DNA from: Candidatus Binatia bacterium
GTDB taxonomy: Bacteria > Desulfobacterota > Binatia > UBA9968 > JAJDTQ01
Direction: 5' to 3'
NCBI GenBank assembly: GCA_963666515.2
Contig: OY762897.2
Location: 4,384,001 to 4,448,000 of the forward strand
Length of the DNA: 64,000 nt
Within the stretch, counting starts at the first letter, position 1. The number at the start of each line of letters is the position of its first letter. The notes beneath the pieces were generated by a model. That model was given only the letters and a program-made list of their open reading frames with translations, was not told the DNA's origin and made no database searches. The position numbers and the translations under genes were made by a program. Below are positions 1 through 9,076 of the stretch, one piece after another.

Positions 1-658
1 CGGATTCGTGCTGCGGCCGGGCGTGCTGTTCATCGCGCTGCTGATCGTCGCCGGACTGTGCTACCCCCTGTTCCAGGCCTGGCGGGAGAAGAAACGGGCC
101 GAGCGGCACGAGGCGAGGTTCGAGGTGCCCGGCGTCACCAAGACCATGGAAGCCGTCTCGCGCAACGAGCGCGTGGCCAGCGGCGTCTTCGCCCTGTGCT
201 TCGTCGCGCTGTTCGCCTACGTGCTGCGCGAGTGCTTCTGGGGCTTCGGCGCCGACGAGGAGCGCGCCGCGCTGTTCCCGGTGATCATCGGCCTGCCGGC
301 CTTCGCCATCAGCATCGCGGTCTTCGTGAAGGAGATCGCCACCACCTCGAAGGTCGTGGTGCACGGCGAGGAGGGCGTGGAGGACGCCGAGGAGATCTCC
401 CCCGAGGAGACCCGCCGGCGGACCCTGGCCATCAGCGCCTGGGTGGTGGGATTCTTCCTCTCCATCTGGTTGATCGGGTTCGTGTGGTCGTCGCTGGTGG
501 CGACCTTCCTCTACCTCAGGTTCGGCGCCCGCGAAGGCTGGCTCATCACCGTCATCCTGACGGCGGCGGCCTACGTTTTCTTCGCCGGCATCTTCGACTG
601 GCTCCTGGTCCTGCCGTTCCCGCCCGGCGACCTTTTCGTCTGGCTGGGGCTGGATTGA
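1..658 (+). CDS. Tripartite tricarboxylate transporter permease, C-terminal part (TctA end fused to TctB-like region); 5'-truncated by window
   Basis: Frame open from position 2 (GFVLRPGV...); multiple TM helices; TctB-like 'ALFPVIIG' and C-terminal 'FDWLLVLPFPPG'. Confidence 0.65.
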   Translation, partial: GFVLRPGVLFIALLIVAGLCYPLFQAWREKKRAERHEARFEVPGVTKTMEAVSRNERVASGVFALCFVALFAYVLRECFWGFGADEERAALFPVIIGLPAFAISIAVFVKEIATTSKVVVHGEEGVEDAEEISPEETRRRTLAISAWVVGFFLSIWLIGFVWSSLVATFLYLRFGAREGWLITVILTAAAYVFFAGIFDWLLVLPFPPGDLFVWLGLD

Positions 659-675
659 GGGCGGTGGGGCGTGCA

Positions 676-704
676 TTGACCCCGTCCGGGGCGTCGGATA
701 GGAT
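676..704 (+). promoter_or_regulatory. Putative sigma70 promoter TTGACC-N17-TAGGAT, 7 nt before ATG 712
   Basis: Consensus-like -35/-10 with 17-nt spacer; no SD before the ATG. Confidence 0.55.
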
Positions 705-711
705 TTGAGAT

Positions 712-2082
712 ATGCGGAAGGCCCTTCACTGCCTGGCCGTGCTCCTGCTGGCATGCTACGCTGGCGCGCTTCTCGGCGTACCTTCCGCCTACGCCCTTTC
801 CCAGGACGAGGAGATCCGCATCAGCCGCCAGTTCCGGCGTGAGGCCCGCCAGCGCCTCAAGTTCATCGAGGATCCCGAGGTCGAGCTGTACGTCGCCCGG
901 ATCGGCCGCCGCATCCTCGACGCGGTGGGCAACACCCGGTATCCGTACCGCTTTTTCGTCATCGAGGACTCATCGATGAACGCGTTCGCCGTGCCCGGGG
1001 GCAGCATCTTCGTCCACTCGGGACTCATCAAGAGGGTGGAGACCTCGGACGAGCTGGCCTCGGTGGTCGCCCACGAGATCGTCCACGTGAACGCGCGGCA
1101 CTTCGCCACCCTGTCTTCCGCGAGCGACACGACCATGCTGCTCGGAATGCTCGGCGTGTTCCTGGCCCCGGTCCTGGGGCCCGCGGCCCTTGCCGGCCCC
1201 GCCGTCGCCATGACCCAGCAGCTCGAGTTCAGCCGGCAGATGGAGGAGCAGGCGGACAACCTGGGCGTGGGCTACCTGGCGCGCGCGGGCTACGACCCCG
1301 ACGCCGCGGTGAGCTTCATGAAGCGGATGTATCGCGAGCGGATTCTCAACCCCGTGGGAAGACCCTCCTACCTGCTGACGCACCCCCTGACCCGGAAACG
1401 CATCGCCAACCTGACGGCATCCATCCGGGCTCTCGGTCTCACGCGCCCCCGTTTCAAGGACGCCGACAGGATCGAGCGGGTCAAGCTGTTGATCGAGCTG
1501 CGGAACGAGCCGGAACGGGTGGTCGAGCGGTTGAGGAAGGCCCATGAGCGCCGTCCGGAAGCGCCCGGCCCGGCGCATTCGCTGGGCCTCGCCTACGTCG
1601 CCACCGGGCGATGGATTCGGGCGCGGGACATGCTGGAACGCGCCGCCCGGTCGAAGGCGGCCCTCCCGGACCTGGATCGGGACCTGGGACGGGTGTACCT
1701 CCACACCGAAGAGTTCGCCAAGGCTCATGCCTCCTTTGATCGAGCGCTGGACCGGGAGCCGGACGATCCCATCACCCACCTCTACCGGGGACGTCTCCTC
1801 GAAAAGGAGTCCCGCTTCCGGCAGGCGGCGCGTTCGTACCTGAGGGTGCGTCAGCTCGCGCCGTTCTGGCCCGAGGCCGCCCGGCGGCTGGGCTACGCCT
1901 ACCGCAAGCTGAACCAGCCCGGGAAAGCACATTACTATCTGGCGCAGTCGTACCTGCTTCGGGACGAGACCGGCAAGGCCGTGGATTCTCTCGAGCGCGC
2001 AGCCCAGCAATACGAGCCGGACTCGCCCAGACGGCGGGTGATCAAGGACGAGATCGCCGCCATACGGGCCGGAAGCCTGTAG
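712..2082 (+). CDS. M48 family metalloprotease with TPR repeats (BepA/YfgC-like)
   Basis: Signal peptide, NAFAVPGG, HEIVH zinc motif, FSRQMEEQAD, YLLTHP, C-terminal TPR-like helices. Confidence 0.9.
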   Translation: MRKALHCLAVLLLACYAGALLGVPSAYALSQDEEIRISRQFRREARQRLKFIEDPEVELYVARIGRRILDAVGNTRYPYRFFVIEDSSMNAFAVPGGSIFVHSGLIKRVETSDELASVVAHEIVHVNARHFATLSSASDTTMLLGMLGVFLAPVLGPAALAGPAVAMTQQLEFSRQMEEQADNLGVGYLARAGYDPDAAVSFMKRMYRERILNPVGRPSYLLTHPLTRKRIANLTASIRALGLTRPRFKDADRIERVKLLIELRNEPERVVERLRKAHERRPEAPGPAHSLGLAYVATGRWIRARDMLERAARSKAALPDLDRDLGRVYLHTEEFAKAHASFDRALDREPDDPITHLYRGRLLEKESRFRQAARSYLRVRQLAPFWPEAARRLGYAYRKLNQPGKAHYYLAQSYLLRDETGKAVDSLERAAQQYEPDSPRRRVIKDEIAAIRAGSL

Positions 2083-2085
2083 GCT

Positions 2086-2856
2086 TCAGTCGTCGAGGAC
2101 CTTGCGCAGGCGCTTGCGCGCCTGCACGTAGATCTGGCAGATCCTCCCTTCCGTCAGTCCCAACCGCTCTCCGATCTCCCTGAACTTGAGGTCCTGGTAG
2201 TGACGCAGGGTGACCACGACCCGTTGACGTTCCGGGAGCCCCGCCACCGCCCGTTTCAGCTTCTCCACCAAGTCCCGGCGCTCCACGCATACGGTGGGGT
2301 CCTCCTGGTAGAGTCTCCGCGCCGCCTCGACCCCTTCCAGGATCGCGTCCGGCCCGCCCCAGGACGGGTCGTCGAGGCTCAGCGACCCGTGTTCCCGGAT
2401 CCGGTAGTTGATCTTGTGATAGGTCGCCAGCGGCAGCCCCAGCTCCTTCGCCATCTCCTCGGAAGTGGCCTCGCGGCAGAGGTGGTCGCAGAGCTGCCTT
2501 CGGGTGGCGGCGACCCGGCGTCCCCAGGCCCGGATCGAACGGCTCACCCAGTCGAGGGAGCGCAGGCACTGGATCATCTCCCCGTAGATGCGGTGCCTGG
2601 CGTAGACGTGGAACGAGACCTCTCGCTCGGGATCGTACCGCTCCAGGGCCTCCAGCAGGCCCACCACGCCGGAGTTGACCAGCGCCACGGGGTCGTGGCC
2701 GGCCGGCAACCGGCGATGGAGCTGATGGGCCAGGCGTTCGACGAGCGGCAGGAACTTGGCGACGACGTCTTCCGGAGAGTCGTCCCGCTCCACCACCGGC
2801 CAGGTTGCCGGTCCGGCCCCGGATGGCGGCTCCTTCATGAACGGACATGAAGGCAA
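2086..2856 (-). CDS. FliA/WhiG-family (sigma-28) RNA polymerase sigma factor
   Basis: GLLEALERYDP, RIYGEMIQCLRSLDWVSRS, region 4 'LPERQRVVVTLRHYQDLKFREIGERLGLTEGRICQI'; start uncertain. Confidence 0.85.
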   Translation of the reverse strand: MPSCPFMKEPPSGAGPATWPVVERDDSPEDVVAKFLPLVERLAHQLHRRLPAGHDPVALVNSGVVGLLEALERYDPEREVSFHVYARHRIYGEMIQCLRSLDWVSRSIRAWGRRVAATRRQLCDHLCREATSEEMAKELGLPLATYHKINYRIREHGSLSLDDPSWGGPDAILEGVEAARRLYQEDPTVCVERRDLVEKLKRAVAGLPERQRVVVTLRHYQDLKFREIGERLGLTEGRICQIYVQARKRLRKVLDD

Positions 2857-3003
2857 CAGCCATGCCAGCGGCGGGAAGGGGTCGAGAACCGAGAGACCAC
2901 CGGCACTTAGCGCGGGCCGGAGGAAGGGACCCGCCGCCGGCGGGTGTCAACAGGCGGGAACGGCCGTCAACCCGCCGCCGGTCGCCGGTCGGCGGTGCGC
3001 CCG

Positions 3004-5409
3004 TCAGCGGTAAAGCTCCATCAGCTCCACCAGGCCGAGGGTGCGCATCTCGCTGAAGAGATAGCGCTTGATCTGATCGACCCGGTCCATCCCCAGGGCC
3101 GTCCGTCCGATGGCGCGCGCCCTCTCGTAGCTCACGGAGCGCACCAGCTTTCGGACCACCGGAATGGACAGGGACTCCATGCTGAACTCCTCGAGGCCCA
3201 TGCCCATCAGCAGGAGGGTGGAAAGCGGGTCTCCGGCCATCTCCCCGCACATGGCGACGCGTTTGCCCTTGTCCTTGGCCGCCCGGATGACCTGGTTGAG
3301 CGCCGCCAGCACCGCCGGGTGGAAGGGCTCGTAGAGCGACGCCACCTTGCGGTTCCCGCGGTCGACGGCCAGCAGGTACTGGATCAGGTCGTTGGTGCCG
3401 ATGCTGACGAAGTCCACTTCCTCCATCAGCCGGTGCGCGGTCTGGACCGCGGAGGGCACCTCGACCATGATGCCCAGCTCCATGTCGCCGTCGAAGGGTA
3501 TGCGGTTCCGGGCGAGGTCGGCCTCGACTTCCCGGAGGATGGCCTTGACCCGGAGGATCTCCTCCAGACTCGACACCATGGGGATCAGGAGGCGCACCGG
3601 CCCCAATGCCCCGGCGCGCAGGATCGCCCGGAGCTGCATCTCGAAAGTCTCGGACGCCTCCAGGGAGACGCGGATGGAACGCCAACCGAGGAACGGGTTG
3701 GGCTCGGAGCGGGCGATGCTCACGTAAGGGGGATACTTGTCCGCGCCGATGTCGAGGGTGCGGATGGTGACCGGCTTGCCGTCCATGCCCTCCACCACCT
3801 TCTGGTAGAGGGCGAACTGCTGCGCCTCGGTGGGGAAGTCGTGATAGGCCAGAAACGGGATCTCGGTGCGGTAGAGGCCGATGCCTTCCGCGCCGTGGGT
3901 CTGCGCGAACCGGATGTCCGTCAGCAGCCCCATGTTGGCGAACAGGCGGACCCGGTGGCCGTCGGTGGTCTCGGCCGGCAGATCGCGCATTTCGTCCAGC
4001 TCGCGGTTGACCGCGAGGTAGTGGCGCTCCATGCGGTCGTACTCGCCGATGATGTCCTGGTTGGGGTTGACGAACACGACCCCGGAGTTGCCGTCGACGA
4101 TCAGCGAATCCTCTTTCCGCACGCTTTCCAGCAGCCCCTCCGCGGCCACCACGGTGGGAATCTCGAAGGACTTGGCCAGGAGCGACGCATGGGAGGTGAC
4201 GCCGCCGGTGGCGAGCACGATGCCCTGGAAGCGGTCGCCTTCGATGAGCGCCAGGTCCGCGGGCCAGAGGTCTTCGGCGACCAGGATGGCCCCTCCCTCC
4301 GGCGCCACGAGCCGCTTTTCCTCGGCGCCCGAGAGGTTGTCCAGCAGCCGCTGGGCGACGTCGCGGATGTCCGCGGTGCGCTCCTTCAGGTACCGGTCGC
4401 CGACTTCGCTGACGGTCCGCATGTGTCTGCGGAAGGTGCTGCTGACGGCGTAGTACGCGGTCAGGTGTTCCTTGAGGATGCGGCTTTCGATCTCGTTCTG
4501 CAGCACCGGGTCGTCCAGCACCATCCGGTGCACGTCGAAGATGGCCCCGGCCTCGTCGGAGATGAGGACGCTCATGCGCGTCTTGATCTCTTCCACCTGG
4601 GTCACGGCCAGCCGCACCGCGGAACGGAAACGATCGAGCTCGCCCCGGGGATCGCCGGTGTGGGCCTTGCGGACGGCGTCCAGGTCCATGCGCCGGTGCA
4701 TGAGGTGGGCCTTGCCGTAGGCGAAGCCGGGGCAGGCCGCGAGCCCGGTCAGGCGGCTGCGGAACTTTCGCTGGGGCTCGCTGGTGCGTTCCTTTCCCCT
4801 GCCCTCGTAAGAGCGCAGCCGCCGCAGCGCGGTGACCATGCGCTGCCGCGACTGCTTGCGCTCGCGCTCCTTGTCCTTGAGAGAGTCCACCAGCCGGGCG
4901 TGCACGATGATGGTGGCGACCTGGGCGGAGATGGCCTTAAGGAGACGGGCCTCCTCGGGCGTGAACTCGCGCGGACGGGAGGTCTGCACCACCAGGACGC
5001 CGATGGGGGTCTTGCGGGTGCTGACCGGGACCCCGAAGAAGGAGTGGTAGCGTTCTTCGCCGGTCTCCGGGAAGTACAGGAAGCGCGGATCCGACGGAGC
5101 GTCCACGACCATCACCGGCTCGCCGGTCTCCACCACGAACCCCGCCAGGCCCTCGCCCACCGGTATCGAGACGCGCCCCACGGCCGCCGGTTCCAGGCCC
5201 CGGGTGGCGCTGAGCGTCAACCTGCCGCCGTCGGCGTCGAGGAGATAGACCGAGCAGACCTCGGTCTGCATCCGTTTGGCCACGATGCCGGCAATGCTGT
5301 TGAGGCATCCCTGCAGGTCGCCGGCTTCGTCGACGAAGCGGCTGATCTCTTCCAGGGTGACGAGGTGGGAGGCGTCGTCGTCGGCCGCGATGTCGGGTAC
5401 GTGGAGCAT
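3004..5409 (-). CDS. ptsP: GAF-domain phosphoenolpyruvate-protein phosphotransferase (EI-Ntr)
   Basis: N-terminal [11 protein letters not shown] phospho-His motif, [34 protein letters not shown]. Confidence 0.95.
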   Translation of the reverse strand: MLHVPDIAADDDASHLVTLEEISRFVDEAGDLQGCLNSIAGIVAKRMQTEVCSVYLLDADGGRLTLSATRGLEPAAVGRVSIPVGEGLAGFVVETGEPVMVVDAPSDPRFLYFPETGEERYHSFFGVPVSTRKTPIGVLVVQTSRPREFTPEEARLLKAISAQVATIIVHARLVDSLKDKERERKQSRQRMVTALRRLRSYEGRGKERTSEPQRKFRSRLTGLAACPGFAYGKAHLMHRRMDLDAVRKAHTGDPRGELDRFRSAVRLAVTQVEEIKTRMSVLISDEAGAIFDVHRMVLDDPVLQNEIESRILKEHLTAYYAVSSTFRRHMRTVSEVGDRYLKERTADIRDVAQRLLDNLSGAEEKRLVAPEGGAILVAEDLWPADLALIEGDRFQGIVLATGGVTSHASLLAKSFEIPTVVAAEGLLESVRKEDSLIVDGNSGVVFVNPNQDIIGEYDRMERHYLAVNRELDEMRDLPAETTDGHRVRLFANMGLLTDIRFAQTHGAEGIGLYRTEIPFLAYHDFPTEAQQFALYQKVVEGMDGKPVTIRTLDIGADKYPPYVSIARSEPNPFLGWRSIRVSLEASETFEMQLRAILRAGALGPVRLLIPMVSSLEEILRVKAILREVEADLARNRIPFDGDMELGIMVEVPSAVQTAHRLMEEVDFVSIGTNDLIQYLLAVDRGNRKVASLYEPFHPAVLAALNQVIRAAKDKGKRVAMCGEMAGDPLSTLLLMGMGLEEFSMESLSIPVVRKLVRSVSYERARAIGRTALGMDRVDQIKRYLFSEMRTLGLVELMELYR

Positions 5410-5478
5410 GGTTTCATTCCAGCACACTATCGGTTTGGGGGTCAATCGCAGCGCCGCGGCGGCGTTGCGGAGGCCGAT

Positions 5479-5507
5479 TTGACCCGCTTTGGGGCAGATG
5501 TTACGTT
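5479..5507 (+). promoter_or_regulatory. Putative promoter TTGACC-N17-TACGTT with extended TG, 6 nt before folE ATG
   Basis: Spacing and extended -10; no SD. Confidence 0.5.
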
Positions 5508-5513
5508 GCCCCG

Positions 5514-6113
5514 ATGTCCGTTCAAAGCCTTGCCGAGAGCGCCGGGAGACCGGCGGATTCCCTGGAAGCGCACGTGAGAGCCATCCTGGCGGCGGTCGGG
5601 GAAGACCCCGACAGGGAGGGCCTGGAGAAGACGCCGGCGCGGGTGGCGGCGGCCTGGAGATATCTGACCAGCGGCTATGAGGAGGACCCGGCCGACATCA
5701 TCAACGGCGCCCTTTTCACCGAAGACTACCAGGAGATGATCGTCGAGAAGGACATCGACTTCTATTCCCTCTGCGAGCATCACATGCTGCCTTTCCACGG
5801 CAAGGCCCACGTGGCCTACATCCCGCGCCGGCAGATCGTCGGCGTTTCCAAGCTCGCACGCCTGGTGGACGCCTACGCGCGCCGCCTGCAGGTCCAGGAG
5901 CGGCTCACCAACCAGATCGCCAATACCGTCATGGAGCGCATCAACCCCCTGGGAGCCGCGGTGGTGATGGAGGCCGAGCACATGTGCATGCGCATGCGCG
6001 GCGTCCAGAAACAGAACTCCACCATCGTGACCAGCTCGCTGCTGGGAGCCTTCCGCACACAGGAGAAGACTCGCGCCGAGTTCATGAACCTCATTCGCGG
6101 CAACCGCTTCTGA
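5514..6113 (+). CDS. folE: GTP cyclohydrolase I
   Basis: [45 protein letters not shown]. Confidence 0.97.
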   Translation: MSVQSLAESAGRPADSLEAHVRAILAAVGEDPDREGLEKTPARVAAAWRYLTSGYEEDPADIINGALFTEDYQEMIVEKDIDFYSLCEHHMLPFHGKAHVAYIPRRQIVGVSKLARLVDAYARRLQVQERLTNQIANTVMERINPLGAAVVMEAEHMCMRMRGVQKQNSTIVTSSLLGAFRTQEKTRAEFMNLIRGNRF

Positions 6114-6122
6114 GCCACGTTC

Positions 6123-7601
6123 ATGGAAATCAAGCTGAGAGAGATCGCCCCCTCGCGGGTCCGCACGGCCCTGCTGGCGGTGCCGGTGACGGACAAGGTT
6201 CTGGGAGAGGGTCTGGCGCGGCGTCTCGACCGCCAGCTCAAGGGCCGGCTGGACGCGCTGGTGAAGCGGAGCGGCTTCGTCGCCAGGCGCGGGACGTCGC
6301 TGCTGGCGGCGACCCACGGCGCGATGCCGGCGGGCCACGTGCTGCTGGTGGGACTGGGCAAGCACGGCGAGGAGGGGCCCCATGCCTGGCGCTTGGCCGG
6401 CGCCGTCGCCGCCAGGGAGGCCGGGCGGATCTGGGCCGACGAGGCGACCTTCATGCTGCCCCCGGACCAGCAGACGGAGTCCGTCGCGGGCGCGGTCGCC
6501 GAGGGCGCCCTGCTGAACGCCTACCGCTTCACCAAGTACCGCTCCAACGGCAACCAGGCGGGACGGCTGCGCGCGCTGGTCCTCGGGCGCACGGCGTCGG
6601 GGAGGAGCGCCGCGTTGAACCGGGCGGTGAAGCGCGCCCGGCTCTCGGCGTCGGCGGTCTGTCTCGCCCGGGACTTGGTGAACGAACCGCCGTCCACCGC
6701 CACCGCCAGCTACCTGTCGGAGCAGGCCGCGGCTCACTGCCGCGGCGAGGGGCTCAAGGTGGAGGTGTGGGGCAAGCGGAAGATCGAGCGGATGAAGCTG
6801 GCCGGCCTGCTGGCGGTCAACCAGGGCAGTCTGGAGGAGCCGCGTTTCATCCACATGCGCTACCGGCCCGGGGGCCGCCCGCAAAGGAAGGTCGCCCTCA
6901 TCGGCAAGGGGATCACCTTCGATTCCGGCGGCCTTTCCCTCAAGCCGGCGCGGTCCATGGAGACCATGAAGCTGGACATGGCGGGGGCGGCCGCGGTCAT
7001 CGGCGTGATGAGCGCGCTGCCCGAGCTGGCGCCCGACGCCGAGGTGCTCGGCTTGGTGCCGGCCACGGACAACCTGCCGGACGGCGGCGCGCAGAAACCC
7101 GGCGACGTCATCCGGTACCCCAACGGCAAGACCGTCGAGGTCATGAACACCGATGCCGAGGGGAGGCTCATCCTGGCGGACGCCCTGACCCTGGCGGCCC
7201 GCGAGAAGCCCGACTGCATGATCAACCTGGCGACCCTGACCGGCGCCTGCGTCGTCGCCCTGGGCAACGAGCTGGCGGGGCTCTTCAGCAACGACGGCGA
7301 TCTCGCGGAGAAGCTCATCGAATGCGGGCGCGGCGCCGGCGAGACCCTTTGGCGGCTGCCGCTGGCGGCCGAGTACCGCGAGGACATCAAGAGTCACGTG
7401 GCCGACATCAAGAACGTCGGAGGGAACGGCGCCGGGGCCATCACCGCGGCGTTGTTCCTGCAGGAGTTCGTCGACGAGGTTCCTTGGGCGCACCTGGACA
7501 TCGCCGGCCCCGCGTTTGCGGCCAAGGACCACGTCACCTGCCCGAAAGGGGGGACGGGGTTCGGGGTGCGGACCCTGTTGAACCTTCTCTCCGAAGGCTA
7601 G
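6123..7601 (+). CDS. pepA: Leucyl aminopeptidase (M17)
   Basis: GKGITFDSGG, MKLDMAG, NTDAEGRL, WAHLDIAG. Confidence 0.95.
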   Translation: MEIKLREIAPSRVRTALLAVPVTDKVLGEGLARRLDRQLKGRLDALVKRSGFVARRGTSLLAATHGAMPAGHVLLVGLGKHGEEGPHAWRLAGAVAAREAGRIWADEATFMLPPDQQTESVAGAVAEGALLNAYRFTKYRSNGNQAGRLRALVLGRTASGRSAALNRAVKRARLSASAVCLARDLVNEPPSTATASYLSEQAAAHCRGEGLKVEVWGKRKIERMKLAGLLAVNQGSLEEPRFIHMRYRPGGRPQRKVALIGKGITFDSGGLSLKPARSMETMKLDMAGAAAVIGVMSALPELAPDAEVLGLVPATDNLPDGGAQKPGDVIRYPNGKTVEVMNTDAEGRLILADALTLAAREKPDCMINLATLTGACVVALGNELAGLFSNDGDLAEKLIECGRGAGETLWRLPLAAEYREDIKSHVADIKNVGGNGAGAITAALFLQEFVDEVPWAHLDIAGPAFAAKDHVTCPKGGTGFGVRTLLNLLSEG

Positions 7602-7628
7602 CCGGATCGGAAAGGGAGGCACGTCTCG

Positions 7629-7952
7629 ATGGAAATATCCCATGTAGCGGACAGCGAGTTCGAAGCCGAGGTCATTGGCGCGTCCACACCCGTGCTGGTG
7701 GACTTCTGGGCCCCCTGGTGCGGCCCCTGCAAGTCCATCGCGCCGGTGCTGGAAGAGCTGGCGCGGGAATACGACGGCAGGCTCAAGGTGGTGAAGATCA
7801 ACGTGGACGAGAACCCGGAAACGCCCAGCCGCTACGGCGTGCGGGGCATCCCGAACCTGATGATCTTCAAGGAGGGGGGCCTTTCGGGCCAGATCGTGGG
7901 CGCGGCCCCCAAGGCCAGGCTTGTGAGCGAGATCGACAAGGCCCTGGGCTAG
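7629..7952 (+). CDS. trxA: Thioredoxin
   Basis: WCGPC active site. Confidence 0.97.
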   Translation: MEISHVADSEFEAEVIGASTPVLVDFWAPWCGPCKSIAPVLEELAREYDGRLKVVKINVDENPETPSRYGVRGIPNLMIFKEGGLSGQIVGAAPKARLVSEIDKALG

Positions 7953-7978
7953 GGCGACCGCGGGCCGCCTCAGGGCCC

Positions 7979-9076
7979 CTATCGCGTGTCGCGTCTCATG
8001 CTGATGCTGATCAGCAGGCCCACGGCCACGAGCGTGGTGACCAGGGACGACCCGCCGTAGCTGATGAGCGGCAACGGGATTCCCACCACGGGCAGGAGGC
8101 CGGTCACCATGGCGATGTTGATGGTGAACTGCCAGAACAGGATGGCGGTCATGCCCGTGGCCAGCAGCACTCCGAAACGGTCCTGAGCGCGCCCCACCAC
8201 CCGGAGCGCGAGCAGGATCAGCAACGCGTACCCCGCCAGCAACGCCACGCAACCCGAGAACCCCCACTCTTCGGCGAATACGGAGAAGATGAAGTCCGTG
8301 TGCTGCTCGGGGAGAAATTCGAGCCGGTTCTGGCTGCCCTGAAGATATCCCTTGCCCCAGAGACGGCCCGAGCCGATGGCGATCTTGGACTGGCCCACGT
8401 GATAGCCGGCGCCGAGGGGGTCCGACTCCGGGTTCATGAAGGTCCAGATGCGCGTTTTCTGGTACGGCTTCAGGAACTGCCACCCGGCCGGCAGCGCGGC
8501 GATGGCGGCGAGGGTGAAGTACGCCAGGGAGCGCACGCGCAGCCCGGACATCACCACGACGCCCATGGCGATGAGGAAGATCAGCACGGCCGTCCCCAAG
8601 TCCGGTTGCAGCAGCACCAGCGCAAGCACCGGCGCGCACAGCATCAGGGGCACGCCCAGGGCCGTAAGCGAATATCCGGGCTCGTAGTAGCACAGCGTCT
8701 TGGCCAGCACGATCACGATCACGAGCTTGGCCAGCTCCGAGGGCTGAAACGAGAAGAAGTGAAGGTCCAGCCATCGCTGGGAGCCCCCGCTGATGACGCC
8801 GATGACCAGCACCAGGGCGAGCAGGATGACCACCGCGGCGTAGATGGGGTAAGCCCAGCGGTTCAGGCGCTGGTAGTCCACCGAAAAGGTCGCGACCATC
8901 AGCGCGAAGCCGATGGCGAGCCAGTAGGACTGCCGGGTGGCCAGGTAGCGCGAGCACTCTTCGTCGGCGCTGCAAGTGGCGCTGTAGATGGTCATGATGC
9001 CCAGCAGGGCCAGCCCGATGGACGCCAGGAACAGGGGCCAGTCGAAGCTGGTCACGAGCCGGCGGTCAATTTGCAT
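7979..9076 (-). CDS. rodA: Rod shape-determining protein RodA
   Basis: FQPSELAK, LQPDLGT, LPEQHTDFIF, SYGGSS; downstream of mrdA. Confidence 0.95.
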   Translation of the reverse strand: MQIDRRLVTSFDWPLFLASIGLALLGIMTIYSATCSADEECSRYLATRQSYWLAIGFALMVATFSVDYQRLNRWAYPIYAAVVILLALVLVIGVISGGSQRWLDLHFFSFQPSELAKLVIVIVLAKTLCYYEPGYSLTALGVPLMLCAPVLALVLLQPDLGTAVLIFLIAMGVVVMSGLRVRSLAYFTLAAIAALPAGWQFLKPYQKTRIWTFMNPESDPLGAGYHVGQSKIAIGSGRLWGKGYLQGSQNRLEFLPEQHTDFIFSVFAEEWGFSGCVALLAGYALLILLALRVVGRAQDRFGVLLATGMTAILFWQFTINIAMVTGLLPVVGIPLPLISYGGSSLVTTLVAVGLLISISMRRDTR

